Shown one piece after another: positions 18,559 to 28,947 of a stretch of 64,000 nt of DNA (position 1 is the first letter of the stretch; every line of letters begins with the position of its first letter). Source of the DNA: an uncultured bacterium (GTDB lineage Bacteria > Krumholzibacteriota > Krumholzibacteriia > WVZY01); the NCBI GenBank assembly GCA_964654695.1, contig CAZZKJ010000005.1:3404-67403 (forward strand), given 5' to 3'. A model generated the notes under the pieces. It did no database searches. It was not told where the DNA came from and saw only the letters and a program-made list of their open reading frames with translations. The position numbers and the translations under genes were made by a program.

Positions 18559-21500
18559 ATGAAAAAAACGCTGTTAAACAAGTTTTTCAAACCCAAATCC
18601 CAACGCGATTTCGAACGTCATGCCGGGATCCTCAAGCAGGTCAATGAGTTCGCCGAATCATTCTATTCCCTTGCGATCGAGGAATATCCTGCAAAAACAG
18701 AACAATTTAGACAAAGACTCGCAGACGGTGAAAAGCTCGATAATTTGCTTCCCGAGGCCTTCGGTTTGGTAAAAGCTGTTTGCCGCGCTCTATGCGGACA
18801 GACCTGGGATGTCTGCGGCCAACCCATTGCATGGGATATGGTCCCATATGACGTGCAGATCGTAGGAGGGATTATGCTGCACGAAGGAGCTATTACTGAG
18901 ATGGCCACGGGTGAAGGAAAAACATTGGTAGCCACCATGCCGCTTTACCTCAATGCGCTGTCAGGACAAGGCGCACATCTGATTACTGTCAATGATTACC
19001 TTTCGAAGAGAGATTCGCAGTGGATGGGAAAAATCTTCGAGCTCCTTGGACTTTCCGTGGGATGCATTCAAAATGATCTTCCCAATGATCAGAGAGTTGC
19101 GGAATACAAAACAGATATTACATACGGCACGAACAATGAATTCGGTTTCGATTATCTTCGGGACAATATGAAAACGAGAATCGAGGACAAGGTCCAGCGA
19201 GGCCATAATTATGCCATAGTCGATGAAGTTGACAGTGTTCTAATAGATGAAGCCAGAACGCCGCTCATCATTTCGGGCCCGGTCACCGCCAGCAAATCTT
19301 CTGAATTGTTCCTGCATTTGAAACCGAAAGTCGAACGCGTGCACACTCTGCAGAACCGACTGATCAATTCGCTGCTTTCATCGGTTGAAAAAACCATAGA
19401 GGATTCCGATGATGATGACGCAAAAGCTCTGCTCAAGATTCAAAGAGGTGCTCCAAAAAATAACCGGTTTATGAAGATTAAGAAAGAACCCGGGATCGAG
19501 AAGCTTATTTTGCGCACCGAAGCCGATTTAATGAGAGATAAAACCCTTCATCTGCTGGATGAGGAACTCTACTACGCGGTTGATGAAAAAGCCAATACCA
19601 TAAATTTGACTGACAAAGGCCGCGAGGCTCTTTCTCCGGAAGACAGAGACCAGTTCGTTCTGCCGGATCTGAGCGAAGAAATCAAAAAGATAGATGACGA
19701 TCCGTCAATATCTGCCAAAGATAAGATCAAACAGAAAGACCGTGCTTACAGGAAGTATGGTGAAAAATCTGATGCGATCCACAACTTCACCCAGCTCCTT
19801 AAGGCTTATGCATTGTTCGAACAAGATGTCGAGTATGTTGTTCAGGATGGAAGAGTGATAATAGTCGATGAATTCACGGGCAGACTAATGCCCGGCAGGC
19901 GCTTCTCCGACGGCCTGCATCAGGCTCTTGAAGCCAAGGAAGGCGTTAAAATTGAAGGAGAAACCCAGACCCTTGCCACAATTACACTGCAGAATTATTT
20001 CCGGATGTACAAAAAGCTTTCAGGCATGACCGGTACGGCTGAAACGGAGGCCGAAGAATTTCATAAAATTTATAAGCTTCCGGTCAACGTCGTGCCGACC
20101 AATGAAACGGTCCGCAGGATTGATTTTGAAGATCAGATCTATAGAACGAAGCGAGAAAAATTTAACGCCATTATAGATGAAATAGCACGTCTCAACGCCC
20201 AGCAGCTTCCCGTACTCGTGGGAACAATCACAGTTGAAGTGTCGGAGACTTTGAGCAGACTTCTTAAACGCAGAGGGATCATGCACAATGTTCTAAATGC
20301 AAAATATCATCAAAAGGAAGCTGAAATAGTCTCTCAAGCTGGTAAGGCTTCGGCGGTTACTATCGCTACCAACATGGCCGGAAGGGGCACAGATATCAAA
20401 CTGGGCGAGGGCGTAGTAAAGTGTGAAACATGCGGGATCATGCAGGGAAAAAACGAATGGCCGAGCAAAAATGGCACCGTTAATCCGGTTGAATGCGAGA
20501 AGGATGTTCCCTGTGGTCTCCATATCATCGGTACCGAACGGCACGAATCCAGGAGAATAGACAGACAGCTTCGCGGCCGGGCGGGCAGGCAGGGCGATCC
20601 CGGTGCTTCAAAATTTTACTTGAGCCTGGAAGATGACCTGATGCGTTTGTTCGGATCCGACAGGATATCAGGAGTTATGGACCGCATGGGGATAGAAGAT
20701 GGGGAGGTAATCACACATAAACTGGTTACCAGGGCAATTGGCCGTGCTCAAAAAAGGGTAGAAAACTACAATTTCGATATACGCAAACGCCTTTTAGAGT
20801 ATGACGATGTAATGAATAAACAACGTGAAGTAATCTATGGAAGACGCGATGAAATAATGCAATCGGAGGACCTCGCGGATATAATAAAAGTGATGATAGA
20901 GGATTACCTCGAATCGACTATAGAAGAATATTTAAATCCTTCTGTTCTTCAGGAAAACTGGCCCCTGGAACAACTTTTTGGTCAACTTGAAAACAGATTC
21001 CTGCACAATTTCCCGATGCCTGCGGTCGATGTGGAAAGCCTGTCCCTTGAAAGCGTTTTCGATTATTGCAAGGAAACTGCTGTTGAAGCCCTCGAAGCGC
21101 GCGAACGGTTCCTGGAAGAAGAACTCGAAGGAATGGAGATGGTTCGTGAATTCGAAAAATATGTGCTTTTGCAGATAATAGACGAAAAATGGATGGATCA
21201 CCTTCATGAACTCGATTATTTGAAGGAGGGTATTCACTTCCGTGCATATGCCCAAAAAGATCCGCTTGTTGAATACAAGAAGGAGGCCTTTGAGCTTTTC
21301 GCCGAACTCAATGCTTCAATTGATCAGGATGCGCTGGCAGCCCTGTTTCATGCCCGGATAGCGGCGGAAAAACGGAGCGGAGCAGATATGCGCAATGCAA
21401 AGGCTATTCACAACGAAACAGCGCAATATGGAATGGACCAGACGGCTATGGGATCCACGAAAGCTACAAGCGCCGCCCTCAAAACCAGAGCCGCGTCTGC

Positions 21501-21591
21501 TCCCGTATTGCGAAAATCCGATAAAATCGGCCGAAACGACCCCTGCCCCTGTGGGAGCGGCAAAAAATATAAAAAATGCTGCGGCCGATAA
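18559..21591 (+). CDS. secA: Preprotein translocase ATPase SecA
   Basis: DEAD-like motor motifs, MTGTAETE, IATNMAGRGTDIKLG, and the C-terminal zinc-binding CPCGSGKKYKKCCG. Confidence 0.95.
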   Translation: MKKTLLNKFFKPKSQRDFERHAGILKQVNEFAESFYSLAIEEYPAKTEQFRQRLADGEKLDNLLPEAFGLVKAVCRALCGQTWDVCGQPIAWDMVPYDVQIVGGIMLHEGAITEMATGEGKTLVATMPLYLNALSGQGAHLITVNDYLSKRDSQWMGKIFELLGLSVGCIQNDLPNDQRVAEYKTDITYGTNNEFGFDYLRDNMKTRIEDKVQRGHNYAIVDEVDSVLIDEARTPLIISGPVTASKSSELFLHLKPKVERVHTLQNRLINSLLSSVEKTIEDSDDDDAKALLKIQRGAPKNNRFMKIKKEPGIEKLILRTEADLMRDKTLHLLDEELYYAVDEKANTINLTDKGREALSPEDRDQFVLPDLSEEIKKIDDDPSISAKDKIKQKDRAYRKYGEKSDAIHNFTQLLKAYALFEQDVEYVVQDGRVIIVDEFTGRLMPGRRFSDGLHQALEAKEGVKIEGETQTLATITLQNYFRMYKKLSGMTGTAETEAEEFHKIYKLPVNVVPTNETVRRIDFEDQIYRTKREKFNAIIDEIARLNAQQLPVLVGTITVEVSETLSRLLKRRGIMHNVLNAKYHQKEAEIVSQAGKASAVTIATNMAGRGTDIKLGEGVVKCETCGIMQGKNEWPSKNGTVNPVECEKDVPCGLHIIGTERHESRRIDRQLRGRAGRQGDPGASKFYLSLEDDLMRLFGSDRISGVMDRMGIEDGEVITHKLVTRAIGRAQKRVENYNFDIRKRLLEYDDVMNKQREVIYGRRDEIMQSEDLADIIKVMIEDYLESTIEEYLNPSVLQENWPLEQLFGQLENRFLHNFPMPAVDVESLSLESVFDYCKETAVEALEARERFLEEELEGMEMVREFEKYVLLQIIDEKWMDHLHELDYLKEGIHFRAYAQKDPLVEYKKEAFELFAELNASIDQDALAALFHARIAAEKRSGADMRNAKAIHNETAQYGMDQTAMGSTKATSAALKTRAASAPVLRKSDKIGRNDPCPCGSGKKYKKCCGR

Positions 21592-21858
21592 TTGCTTAAC
21601 CTTATATTATACAATCTCATACAGACTTAACCTCAAATCCTGCGCGTTCGATTGGCAAAAAATATGATTGCCAAGCCTGCCAGGTTGCGTTTATTTTTCT
21701 TTCCCTGTTTGTTTGTGTACGCGATTTGCTTTGCCAGGCTCCGGGGTTTTCTCTCCTCCAGAGACAACTTGGGAATTCGGTATTTTTTCCGTAAATTATT
21801 ATTCTTAAAACACCGGTGAAACGGAATTTCTCGAAAAGAATAGGGAGTAGGATAATCA

Positions 21859-22308
21859 ATGATCAGTCGTTTGATGGACCTTGTACTTCTTCTTGCAGAA
21901 ATCAGCGATAAAGATGATTGGCCTGTCGATGAACCCGGTAAGGAGTATTTTCTCAGGGATTATACATCCGCTGAGATCAAGCAGGCTCTGCTGTGGATTT
22001 CGAGTAAGAGAGATCTGTGCCGCAAGGATTCAACAAGACTCTACAGCAGCAGCAGCCTTCGCGTGCTCGGAGATTGGGAAAGAATCGAAATGGGAGAAGA
22101 AGCGTGCAACTATCTCTTCAAGCTCCACAATTTGGGCATAATCGACGGCTTCCAAATGGAAAAAATCTTATCCGATCTTAATACAGGACAAAGACATGAC
22201 CTTCAGGATATAAAAGCCTTGGCATGTTCCGTGATTTTCAATCTTCAAAGTGATGAAGCTGAAGAGGACAGCCTTGAGGAGATTAATGATAAAAGCGATG
22301 TAAATTGA
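21859..22308 (+). CDS. smg: Smg protein (DUF494 family)
   Basis: 149 aa and acidic. The N-terminal block (MxxLMDLVLLL...ALLWI) resembles E. coli Smg, and it lies directly upstream of topA, as smg does in E. coli. Confidence 0.55.
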   Translation: MISRLMDLVLLLAEISDKDDWPVDEPGKEYFLRDYTSAEIKQALLWISSKRDLCRKDSTRLYSSSSLRVLGDWERIEMGEEACNYLFKLHNLGIIDGFQMEKILSDLNTGQRHDLQDIKALACSVIFNLQSDEAEEDSLEEINDKSDVN

Positions 22309-22347
22309 CATGTCCTCGCAAGCCATGATAAAAAGCGGTAATATGAA

Positions 22348-24555
22348 ATGAATAAAAAATCGTTAGTAATAGTCGAATCTCCGGCAAAAGCCAGCACTAT
22401 AAAAAAGTTTCTGGGCCGCAGTTACGAAGTTATAGCTTCTGTCGGACATATAATGGATCTGCCAAAGAACGAGCTTGGAGTTGATATATCCAACGGCTTC
22501 ACTCCGAAATACGTTGTCCCCAAAGGCAAACTAAAAGTCATAAAACAGATAAAGAAAGCCGCGAAGGAAGCCAATGAAGTACTTCTGGCTCTGGATATGG
22601 ACAGGGAAGGGGAGGCGATCGCCTGGCATATCCAGCAGATGCTTTCTTCCCCCGATAAAACCATTAAAAGAATCATTTTCAACGAGATTACGAAAACCGC
22701 CATACTCGATGCGGTAGCATCTCCCCAGGACGTGGATGTCGATAAAGTGGAAGCGCAGCAGGCCAGGCGGATTCTCGACCGTCTGGTAGGCTATCAAATA
22801 AGCCCGATATTATGGCAAATATTCTATTATGGTTTAAGCGCAGGACGCGTCCAAACGGTAGGTTTGAGGCTTGTTGCCGAGCGGGAAGAAGATATAGAGG
22901 CTTTCAACCCGGTGGAATATTGGACAATTGAAGCGGGGTTGATTGCCCCCGGAGGCGGTGCGTTTCGAGCAAAGCTTATGCAGGCCAGGGGCAAGAAAAT
23001 CGAGCTAAAGAATAAAAAAGAAACGGATAAAATACTCGCAAGTCTTAAGAACGAGAAATTCGTTGTGGAAAAGGTGCTCAAGAAGGAGAAAAAACGCCAC
23101 CCACAACCTCCTCATATAACTAGCTCCCTGCAGCGAGATGCGGCTAGTCGTTTGAAATATTCTTCCAGAAAAACCATGGTTATAGCCCAACAGCTATATG
23201 AAGGAATCGAGCTGGGAAAGAATAACAGAGTCGGTCTTATAACTTACATGCGTACGGATTCTGTAAGATTGTCCCAGCAGGCAAAAGAAAATGCAGCGGA
23301 TTTCATTGAGAAAGAATTTGGCCGCGATTTCCTGCCCACCAAACCCAAGAAATACAAGCAGAAAAAGGAAGCACAGGATGCTCATGAGGCCATAAGGCCG
23401 TCTGATGCGGCCCGGACTCCACAGTCGCTGCGGAAGTATCTTACAAAGGATCAATTAGCGCTGTACGAATTAGTTTGGCGCAGGTTTATTGCTTCACAAA
23501 TGGCAAGCTGTGTGTATAACACGACCGAAGTTTCTATAAGGGCAGGCGACTCCACTTTTAAAGCAAACGGCAGGATAATGACATTTGCCGGATTCTTGAA
23601 AGTATACGGGGAACTTGGACTTGACGAGGAAAGAGAGCTTCCGGCGCTGGAAGAAGGCAACAAGATAAAAGTCGAATCGATAGAAGGGATTCAGCACTTC
23701 ACCGAGCCGCCTCCAAGATTCTCAGAAGCCACTCTTATAAAAGAACTGGAAGACAGGGGGATCGGCAGGCCAAGCACCTATGCGAGCATTGTGTCGATAA
23801 TACAAGAGCGCGAATATGCTGTTAAACAGAGCGGCAAGCTATACGTCACTACTTTGGGCAAACAAGTTTGGATTACGCTAAAAGCGTTTTTCCCGGAGGT
23901 CTTCGATACTTCATTTACTGCAAAAATGGAAGAAGAGCTGGACAAGGTGGAGGGGGGAGAAGACAGCTGGCGCGATGTTGTGGTCGAATTCTACAAGCCT
24001 TTCGAAAAAGCTTTGAATCAGATAGAGGGCAAGAAGGAACGGATCAAGAGCTCTTTGCAGGAAGAAACCGATATTGCCTGCGAGAAATGCGGGCGCAAAC
24101 TCATTACAAAATGGGGCAAGAACGGGCAGTTCCTGGCCTGCCCGACGTATCCTGAATGTAAGTTCTCCCGACCTCTTGAGGCGGATGCAGCGGCTCAGCA
24201 GATCGATGCACAATGCCCCAAGTGCGGCTCCAAGCTAATTTTGAAAATTGGCAGGTACGGCAAATTCGCCGCCTGTGAAAAATATCCCGACTGCAAGCAC
24301 ACGCAGCCTTTTCCCATAGGGATGGACTGCCCTACCAACGGCTGTGGAGGACAGGTTGTGGAAAAGCGGACCAGGAGGGGCAGAACATTTTTTGGATGCG
24401 GCAATTACCCCGATTGCAATTTCGCAGCTTGGGACAAACCTGTTTCGCGCGTTTGTCCGAACTGTCAGAATTCTTACATGCTGGAAAAGACCTCACAAAA
24501 ACGCGGTCTGTATTTGAAATGTCCATCCTGCAAAGAAGACATATCTCCGGACTAA
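22348..24555 (+). CDS. topA: DNA topoisomerase I with three or four C-terminal C4 zinc ribbons
   Basis: TOPRIM start LVIVESPAKASTIKKFLG. Active-site region ITYMRTDS. Repeated CxxC...CxxC zinc-ribbon motifs at the C-terminus. Confidence 0.95.
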   Translation: MNKKSLVIVESPAKASTIKKFLGRSYEVIASVGHIMDLPKNELGVDISNGFTPKYVVPKGKLKVIKQIKKAAKEANEVLLALDMDREGEAIAWHIQQMLSSPDKTIKRIIFNEITKTAILDAVASPQDVDVDKVEAQQARRILDRLVGYQISPILWQIFYYGLSAGRVQTVGLRLVAEREEDIEAFNPVEYWTIEAGLIAPGGGAFRAKLMQARGKKIELKNKKETDKILASLKNEKFVVEKVLKKEKKRHPQPPHITSSLQRDAASRLKYSSRKTMVIAQQLYEGIELGKNNRVGLITYMRTDSVRLSQQAKENAADFIEKEFGRDFLPTKPKKYKQKKEAQDAHEAIRPSDAARTPQSLRKYLTKDQLALYELVWRRFIASQMASCVYNTTEVSIRAGDSTFKANGRIMTFAGFLKVYGELGLDEERELPALEEGNKIKVESIEGIQHFTEPPPRFSEATLIKELEDRGIGRPSTYASIVSIIQEREYAVKQSGKLYVTTLGKQVWITLKAFFPEVFDTSFTAKMEEELDKVEGGEDSWRDVVVEFYKPFEKALNQIEGKKERIKSSLQEETDIACEKCGRKLITKWGKNGQFLACPTYPECKFSRPLEADAAAQQIDAQCPKCGSKLILKIGRYGKFAACEKYPDCKHTQPFPIGMDCPTNGCGGQVVEKRTRRGRTFFGCGNYPDCNFAAWDKPVSRVCPNCQNSYMLEKTSQKRGLYLKCPSCKEDISPD

Positions 24556-24569
24556 CTACGCGATAAAGA

Positions 24570-25886
24570 ATGAAGAAAGTAACAATTGTCGGTGGGGGAC
24601 TGGCAGGATGCGAGGCTGCCCTGCAGCTGGCGGCCAGAGGTATTGAAGTGGGCTTAATAGAGATGCGCCCCGCCGTATCCACTCCGGCTCACAAATCGGA
24701 GGATCTAGCCGAAATTGTCTGTTCCAATTCTCTAAAATCAACACTTGAAGATACAGCTTCGGGCCTCCTCAAAAACGAACTTCAGATACTTGAAAGCAGG
24801 CTTCTCGAAGCTGCGTATGAAACGAGCATTCCGGCGGGTCATGCGCTCGCGGTAGATCGCAGTCTTTTTTCCGCTTTAGTTACGCAAAAGATAGAAAATA
24901 TTCCGGGAATTCAAATCAAAAGATCGCTTCAAAAGGATTTGAATCTGCCTAAGCCGTGCATAATCGCAACCGGCCCGCTCACGGACGGCATGCTGCTGAA
25001 CGCCCTCAAAAAACATTTCGGCAAACAGGAACTGTATTTTTATGATGCGATCGCGCCTACTATAGATTCAAGTTCCATCGATAGAGAGAACTGCTTTAGA
25101 GCAAGCAGATATGCCAAGGGTACTCCTGATTACATAAATATACCACTGGACAGCGAAGAATATAATTCTCTCGTGAACAACATTAAGAGAGCTGAAATCC
25201 AGGAGCCGCATTCATTTGAAAATAACAAATACTTCGAAGCCTGTTTGCCTATAGAGATAATGGCCGGACGGGGAGAAGACACCCTTCGTTTCGGCCCGCT
25301 AAAACCAAAAGGTCTTATCGATCCCAATACCGGCAAAGAGCCCTTCGCTGTTATACAACTTCGCCAGGAGACAAAAGACGGCTCGCTTTTGGGGTTAGTT
25401 GGATTTCAGACTCGAATGACGCGGGCATGTCAAAAAAAAGTAATTAGATCAATTAAGGGACTGAAGAATGCAGAAATTCTGAGATTCGGAGCGATGCACA
25501 GGAATGTTTTCATTAATACACCGGAGTTATGCAGCCATTATCAAAAAGATATTAAACTCGAAGGAATATTCTATGCAGGACAGTTGTGTGGCGTAGAAGG
25601 CTATGTAGAATGCATATGCAGCGGATTAGTGACGGCTCTGGCGGTATACTCCTATTTGCATGAAAAACCGTTTCCACCTTTGCCCGCAGAAACGATGACA
25701 GGGGCGCTCATGAATTATATCCATACTCCCAAAAGGGATTTCCAGCCAATGAACGCCAATATGGGGCTCCTGCCGGATATGCCTCAAAGAATAAGAAACA
25801 AGCGAGAACGCAGAAAGGCGCTTGCCGGCCGGGCTATGCAAGAGATTTGCGCATACAAAAGGGCAAATTCCCTGCTGTTCGGCTGA
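24570..25886 (+). CDS. trmFO: Methylenetetrahydrofolate--tRNA-(uracil54-C5)-methyltransferase TrmFO (Gid)
   Basis: FAD-binding VTIVGGGLAGCEAALQLA. Conserved position directly after topA. Confidence 0.9.
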   Translation: MKKVTIVGGGLAGCEAALQLAARGIEVGLIEMRPAVSTPAHKSEDLAEIVCSNSLKSTLEDTASGLLKNELQILESRLLEAAYETSIPAGHALAVDRSLFSALVTQKIENIPGIQIKRSLQKDLNLPKPCIIATGPLTDGMLLNALKKHFGKQELYFYDAIAPTIDSSSIDRENCFRASRYAKGTPDYINIPLDSEEYNSLVNNIKRAEIQEPHSFENNKYFEACLPIEIMAGRGEDTLRFGPLKPKGLIDPNTGKEPFAVIQLRQETKDGSLLGLVGFQTRMTRACQKKVIRSIKGLKNAEILRFGAMHRNVFINTPELCSHYQKDIKLEGIFYAGQLCGVEGYVECICSGLVTALAVYSYLHEKPFPPLPAETMTGALMNYIHTPKRDFQPMNANMGLLPDMPQRIRNKRERRKALAGRAMQEICAYKRANSLLFG

Positions 25887-26029
25887 AGGATGCTCTAAAG
25901 CCAGGATTGAAGCATCAATAATTAACCATTTAAAAATTCCTTAATATCCACGCGCTTATGAAGTATATTATTGCCCTGGAGTCGGGGACGCCGCTTTATG
26001 AGTTGCTTCTATTTCCTGAGGGGGAAATC

Positions 26030-26950
26030 ATGCAATTGGATTCAGCGCTGGCATTGTTCGAATCCTTTTTGTTGGAAAAAAATATGTCACCTCATACAAT
26101 AGAAGCATATATGACCGACCTTTCCCGTTTTACCGCCTATGTGGAGGATCAAAGGGGCCGATCACTCGATTTGGCGGCCGTAACGGTTGCCGATATCAGA
26201 GGCTATTTAAGCATGCGCCTCAAAAATGGCCTCTCGAATTCATCCATAAGGAGGCAGGTATCATCCATCAGATCATTTTTCCAATACGCCCATAAACGCC
26301 GACTCGTTAAAAGCGATCCAGCGGTTAAAATTGCAAATCCTAAAAAAAGGATGAATATCCCGCCAGTGGTAACGGAAAAAGATATTAAAGCAGTTATGGA
26401 GCTGCCAGAGCTCGACTCCCTGAAAGGCATGCGCGACAGGGCGGTTCTGGAATTTCTCTACAGCACCGGCCTGCGTTTGAGCGAGATGCTATGTTTGAAT
26501 ATTAAAGATATTTGGCCTGCCGAAGATACTTTTAAAGTCAGAGGCAAAGGCGGCAAGGAGCGCTTTGTTCCCTGGGGAAAACGTGCCAAGCAGGCATTTG
26601 GCGATTATTTGCGTATACGTTTTGCATTAAATAATCCCAGGAACGCAGTTCAGATTGACAGGATAAAAAAAGAGGCAGCATTCTCCGCCGGCGTAAAGGG
26701 ACGAATAAGCAGGAGGACGGTGCAGCGCATCGTAAGCAAGTATTTGCTTCAAGCATCGCGGCGCATGGGTATGAGCCCTCACAGCATGCGGCATGCTTTC
26801 GCCACGCATCTGCTCAATAACGGCGCTGATTTGCGGTCGGTGCAGGAAATGCTGGGACATGAAAGCCTTTCTACGACGCAAATATACACTCATGTCTCAA
26901 TAAAAAAGTTGAAAGAAATATACCGCCGCACTCATCCGAGAGCGGAATAA
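26030..26950 (+). CDS. xerC: Tyrosine recombinase XerC (CodV-like)
   Basis: [50 protein letters not shown]. Start set to the ATG at 26030 ([10 protein letters not shown]), which gives a typical ~306-aa Xer; the ORF extends upstream to 25958. Confidence 0.85.
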   Translation: MQLDSALALFESFLLEKNMSPHTIEAYMTDLSRFTAYVEDQRGRSLDLAAVTVADIRGYLSMRLKNGLSNSSIRRQVSSIRSFFQYAHKRRLVKSDPAVKIANPKKRMNIPPVVTEKDIKAVMELPELDSLKGMRDRAVLEFLYSTGLRLSEMLCLNIKDIWPAEDTFKVRGKGGKERFVPWGKRAKQAFGDYLRIRFALNNPRNAVQIDRIKKEAAFSAGVKGRISRRTVQRIVSKYLLQASRRMGMSPHSMRHAFATHLLNNGADLRSVQEMLGHESLSTTQIYTHVSIKKLKEIYRRTHPRAE

Positions 26951-26971
26951 TTTCAAGCAGGAGGATTTGCC

Positions 26972-27514
26972 GTGAGAATCGAAGGTACGACAATTGTTGG
27001 TATCAGGATCGGCGATAAAGCCGCCATCGGGGGAGACGGCCAGGTGACCCTTGGACAAACGATCTTGAAGCATAATGCCAACAAGATTCGCCTCCTGGCC
27101 GGAGGCAAAGTGATCGCGGGTTTCGCCGGAAGCACGGCGGATGCATTGACTCTTTTCGAGAAATTCGAAGAGAAACTCGAAAAATATACCGGCAATCTGC
27201 AGAGGTCGGCCGTTGAACTAGCCAAAGACTGGCGCAGCGACAAGGTGCTTCGCCGTCTTGAAGCCCTGTTGGCAGTTATGGACGCAGAATCTTCTTTTAT
27301 TATTTCCGGGAACGGGGACGTGATCGAGCCGGAAGATTCCATTATTGCCATTGGATCGGGAGGCCCCTATGCGCTTGCGGCGGCCAGAGCTTTTATTAAG
27401 AGCGGAGCAAAAGATCCCGAGGCTATTGTAAAGGAATCAATTAAAATAGCCAGCTCCATTTGTCTGTATACAAATTCGAATATCAATATACGAACCATAG
27501 GAAAACAATCGTAA
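26972..27514 (+). CDS. hslV: ATP-dependent protease subunit HslV (ClpQ/CodW-like)
   Basis: [25 protein letters not shown]...GSGG. Closely resembles Bacillus CodW, including a short pro-peptide (MRIEG) before the catalytic TT. GTG start. Confidence 0.9.
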   Translation: MRIEGTTIVGIRIGDKAAIGGDGQVTLGQTILKHNANKIRLLAGGKVIAGFAGSTADALTLFEKFEEKLEKYTGNLQRSAVELAKDWRSDKVLRRLEALLAVMDAESSFIISGNGDVIEPEDSIIAIGSGGPYALAAARAFIKSGAKDPEAIVKESIKIASSICLYTNSNINIRTIGKQS

Positions 27515-27573
27515 TGGAAATAGATTATTTTGAAGATACGAACGATGGAAATCTGAACAACGGAGAATACAAC

Positions 27574-28920
27574 ATGCACCAATATACGCCAAAACAAATT
27601 GTTAAAGAACTGGACAGGTACATCGTCAAGCAGAATGAAGCAAAAAAAGCGGTCGCGATTGCGCTTCGAAACCGCTGGAGAAGAAGACGCGTACCGGAAG
27701 ATTTTCGGGATGAAATACTTCCTAATAATATAATAATGATAGGTCCGACGGGCGTCGGAAAAACCGAGATCGCCCGAAGACTGGCACGGCTCGTCAAAGC
27801 TCCTTTCATAAAAGTTGAAGCATCTAATTATACTGAAGTTGGTTATGTGGGCAGGGATGTTGAAAGCATGATTCGCGATCTGGTAGAAATCGCCGTAAAC
27901 ATGGTCAAGTCCGATCATAAAAAAAGAATCAAGAAGGAAGTGCAGAAAAGAGTTGAACAGCGCCTGGTGTCGCTTTTGATTCCTCCCGTGAGAACAACGG
28001 AAGATGAAAATCAGGACTCCGATACCCAGGAGCGAAGAGAACGTACAGAAAAGAAAATCCTTGATAAATTACGTAAAAGCGAATTGGAAGAGAGGAAAGT
28101 CACAATTGATACTCCGCATTCTGCAACACCGTCTATTGAGATATTTACCAAGGGTGGCGTTGAAGAAATGGGACTGAACCTGCCCCCCGCTTTCAATATG
28201 CTGCGACCGCAGTCGACAAAACCCCGCGAGATGACAATTGGCGAAGCCAGAAAATTCCTCAGGGAGGAAGAGACCAACAAAGCTTTGGATATGGAAAAAA
28301 TAATTTCCGAGGCCAAAATGCTGGCTGAATCGAGCGGCATCGTGTTCATAGACGAAGTTGATAAGATTTCCGCTCGAAGCTCGGGAGCGTCGGGTCCGGA
28401 TGTATCCAGAGAGGGAGTGCAAAGGGATCTGCTGCCGATAGTTGAAGGCTGTTCGGTGAATACCAGGTATGGGTTCGTAAAAAGCGACCATATTCTTTTT
28501 ATTGCCGCAGGTGCTTTCAATATTGCCAAGCCGTCTGATTTGATACCTGAATTCCAGGGCCGTTTTCCCATAAGAGTGGAATTATCATCGCTTGCGGAAG
28601 AGGATTTCGTTCGAATCCTGCAGGAGCCCGACAACTCGCTTCTAAAGCAGTACACCGCTCTGCTCAAAGCGGAGGATTGTACGGCAACTTTTACCGAGGA
28701 TGCAGTTCGTGAGATAGCCCGGGTCGCATCGCTGGCAAATGAAAGAGCTGAGAATATTGGCGCCCGAAGACTGCAAACCGTAATGACTACACTTTTGGAG
28801 GATGTTCTTTTTGAGCTCCCAGAGTCCGGGCAAAGCAAAGCCGTATTCACCGCGGAGGAAGTCAAAGCCAAACTTGACGCCGTCCTGGCGGACGAAGATT
28901 TAACAAGATACATACTTTAA
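27574..28920 (+). CDS. hslU: ATP-dependent protease ATPase subunit HslU (ClpY)
   Basis: MHQYTPKQIVKELDRYIVKQNEAKKAVAIALRNRWRR aligns with the HslU N-terminus. Walker A GPTGVGKTEIARRLA. The start could instead be the ATG at 27514, which overlaps the hslV stop (TAATG). Confidence 0.9.
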   Translation: MHQYTPKQIVKELDRYIVKQNEAKKAVAIALRNRWRRRRVPEDFRDEILPNNIIMIGPTGVGKTEIARRLARLVKAPFIKVEASNYTEVGYVGRDVESMIRDLVEIAVNMVKSDHKKRIKKEVQKRVEQRLVSLLIPPVRTTEDENQDSDTQERRERTEKKILDKLRKSELEERKVTIDTPHSATPSIEIFTKGGVEEMGLNLPPAFNMLRPQSTKPREMTIGEARKFLREEETNKALDMEKIISEAKMLAESSGIVFIDEVDKISARSSGASGPDVSREGVQRDLLPIVEGCSVNTRYGFVKSDHILFIAAGAFNIAKPSDLIPEFQGRFPIRVELSSLAEEDFVRILQEPDNSLLKQYTALLKAEDCTATFTEDAVREIARVASLANERAENIGARRLQTVMTTLLEDVLFELPESGQSKAVFTAEEVKAKLDAVLADEDLTRYIL

Positions 28921-28947
28921 GATCTTAAAAATCGGAGGAAATAAATA

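Noticed and set aside
21395-21667. 90-aa ORF overlapping the 3' end of secA and the downstream spacer
   Set aside because: It overlaps secA in another frame and has no RBS or conserved motifs.
28011-28913. 300-aa ORF on the minus strand, antisense to hslU
   Set aside because: It is a serine- and low-complexity-rich translation with no motifs. It lies entirely inside a gene that is confidently identified on the other strand, so it is a classic antisense artefact.
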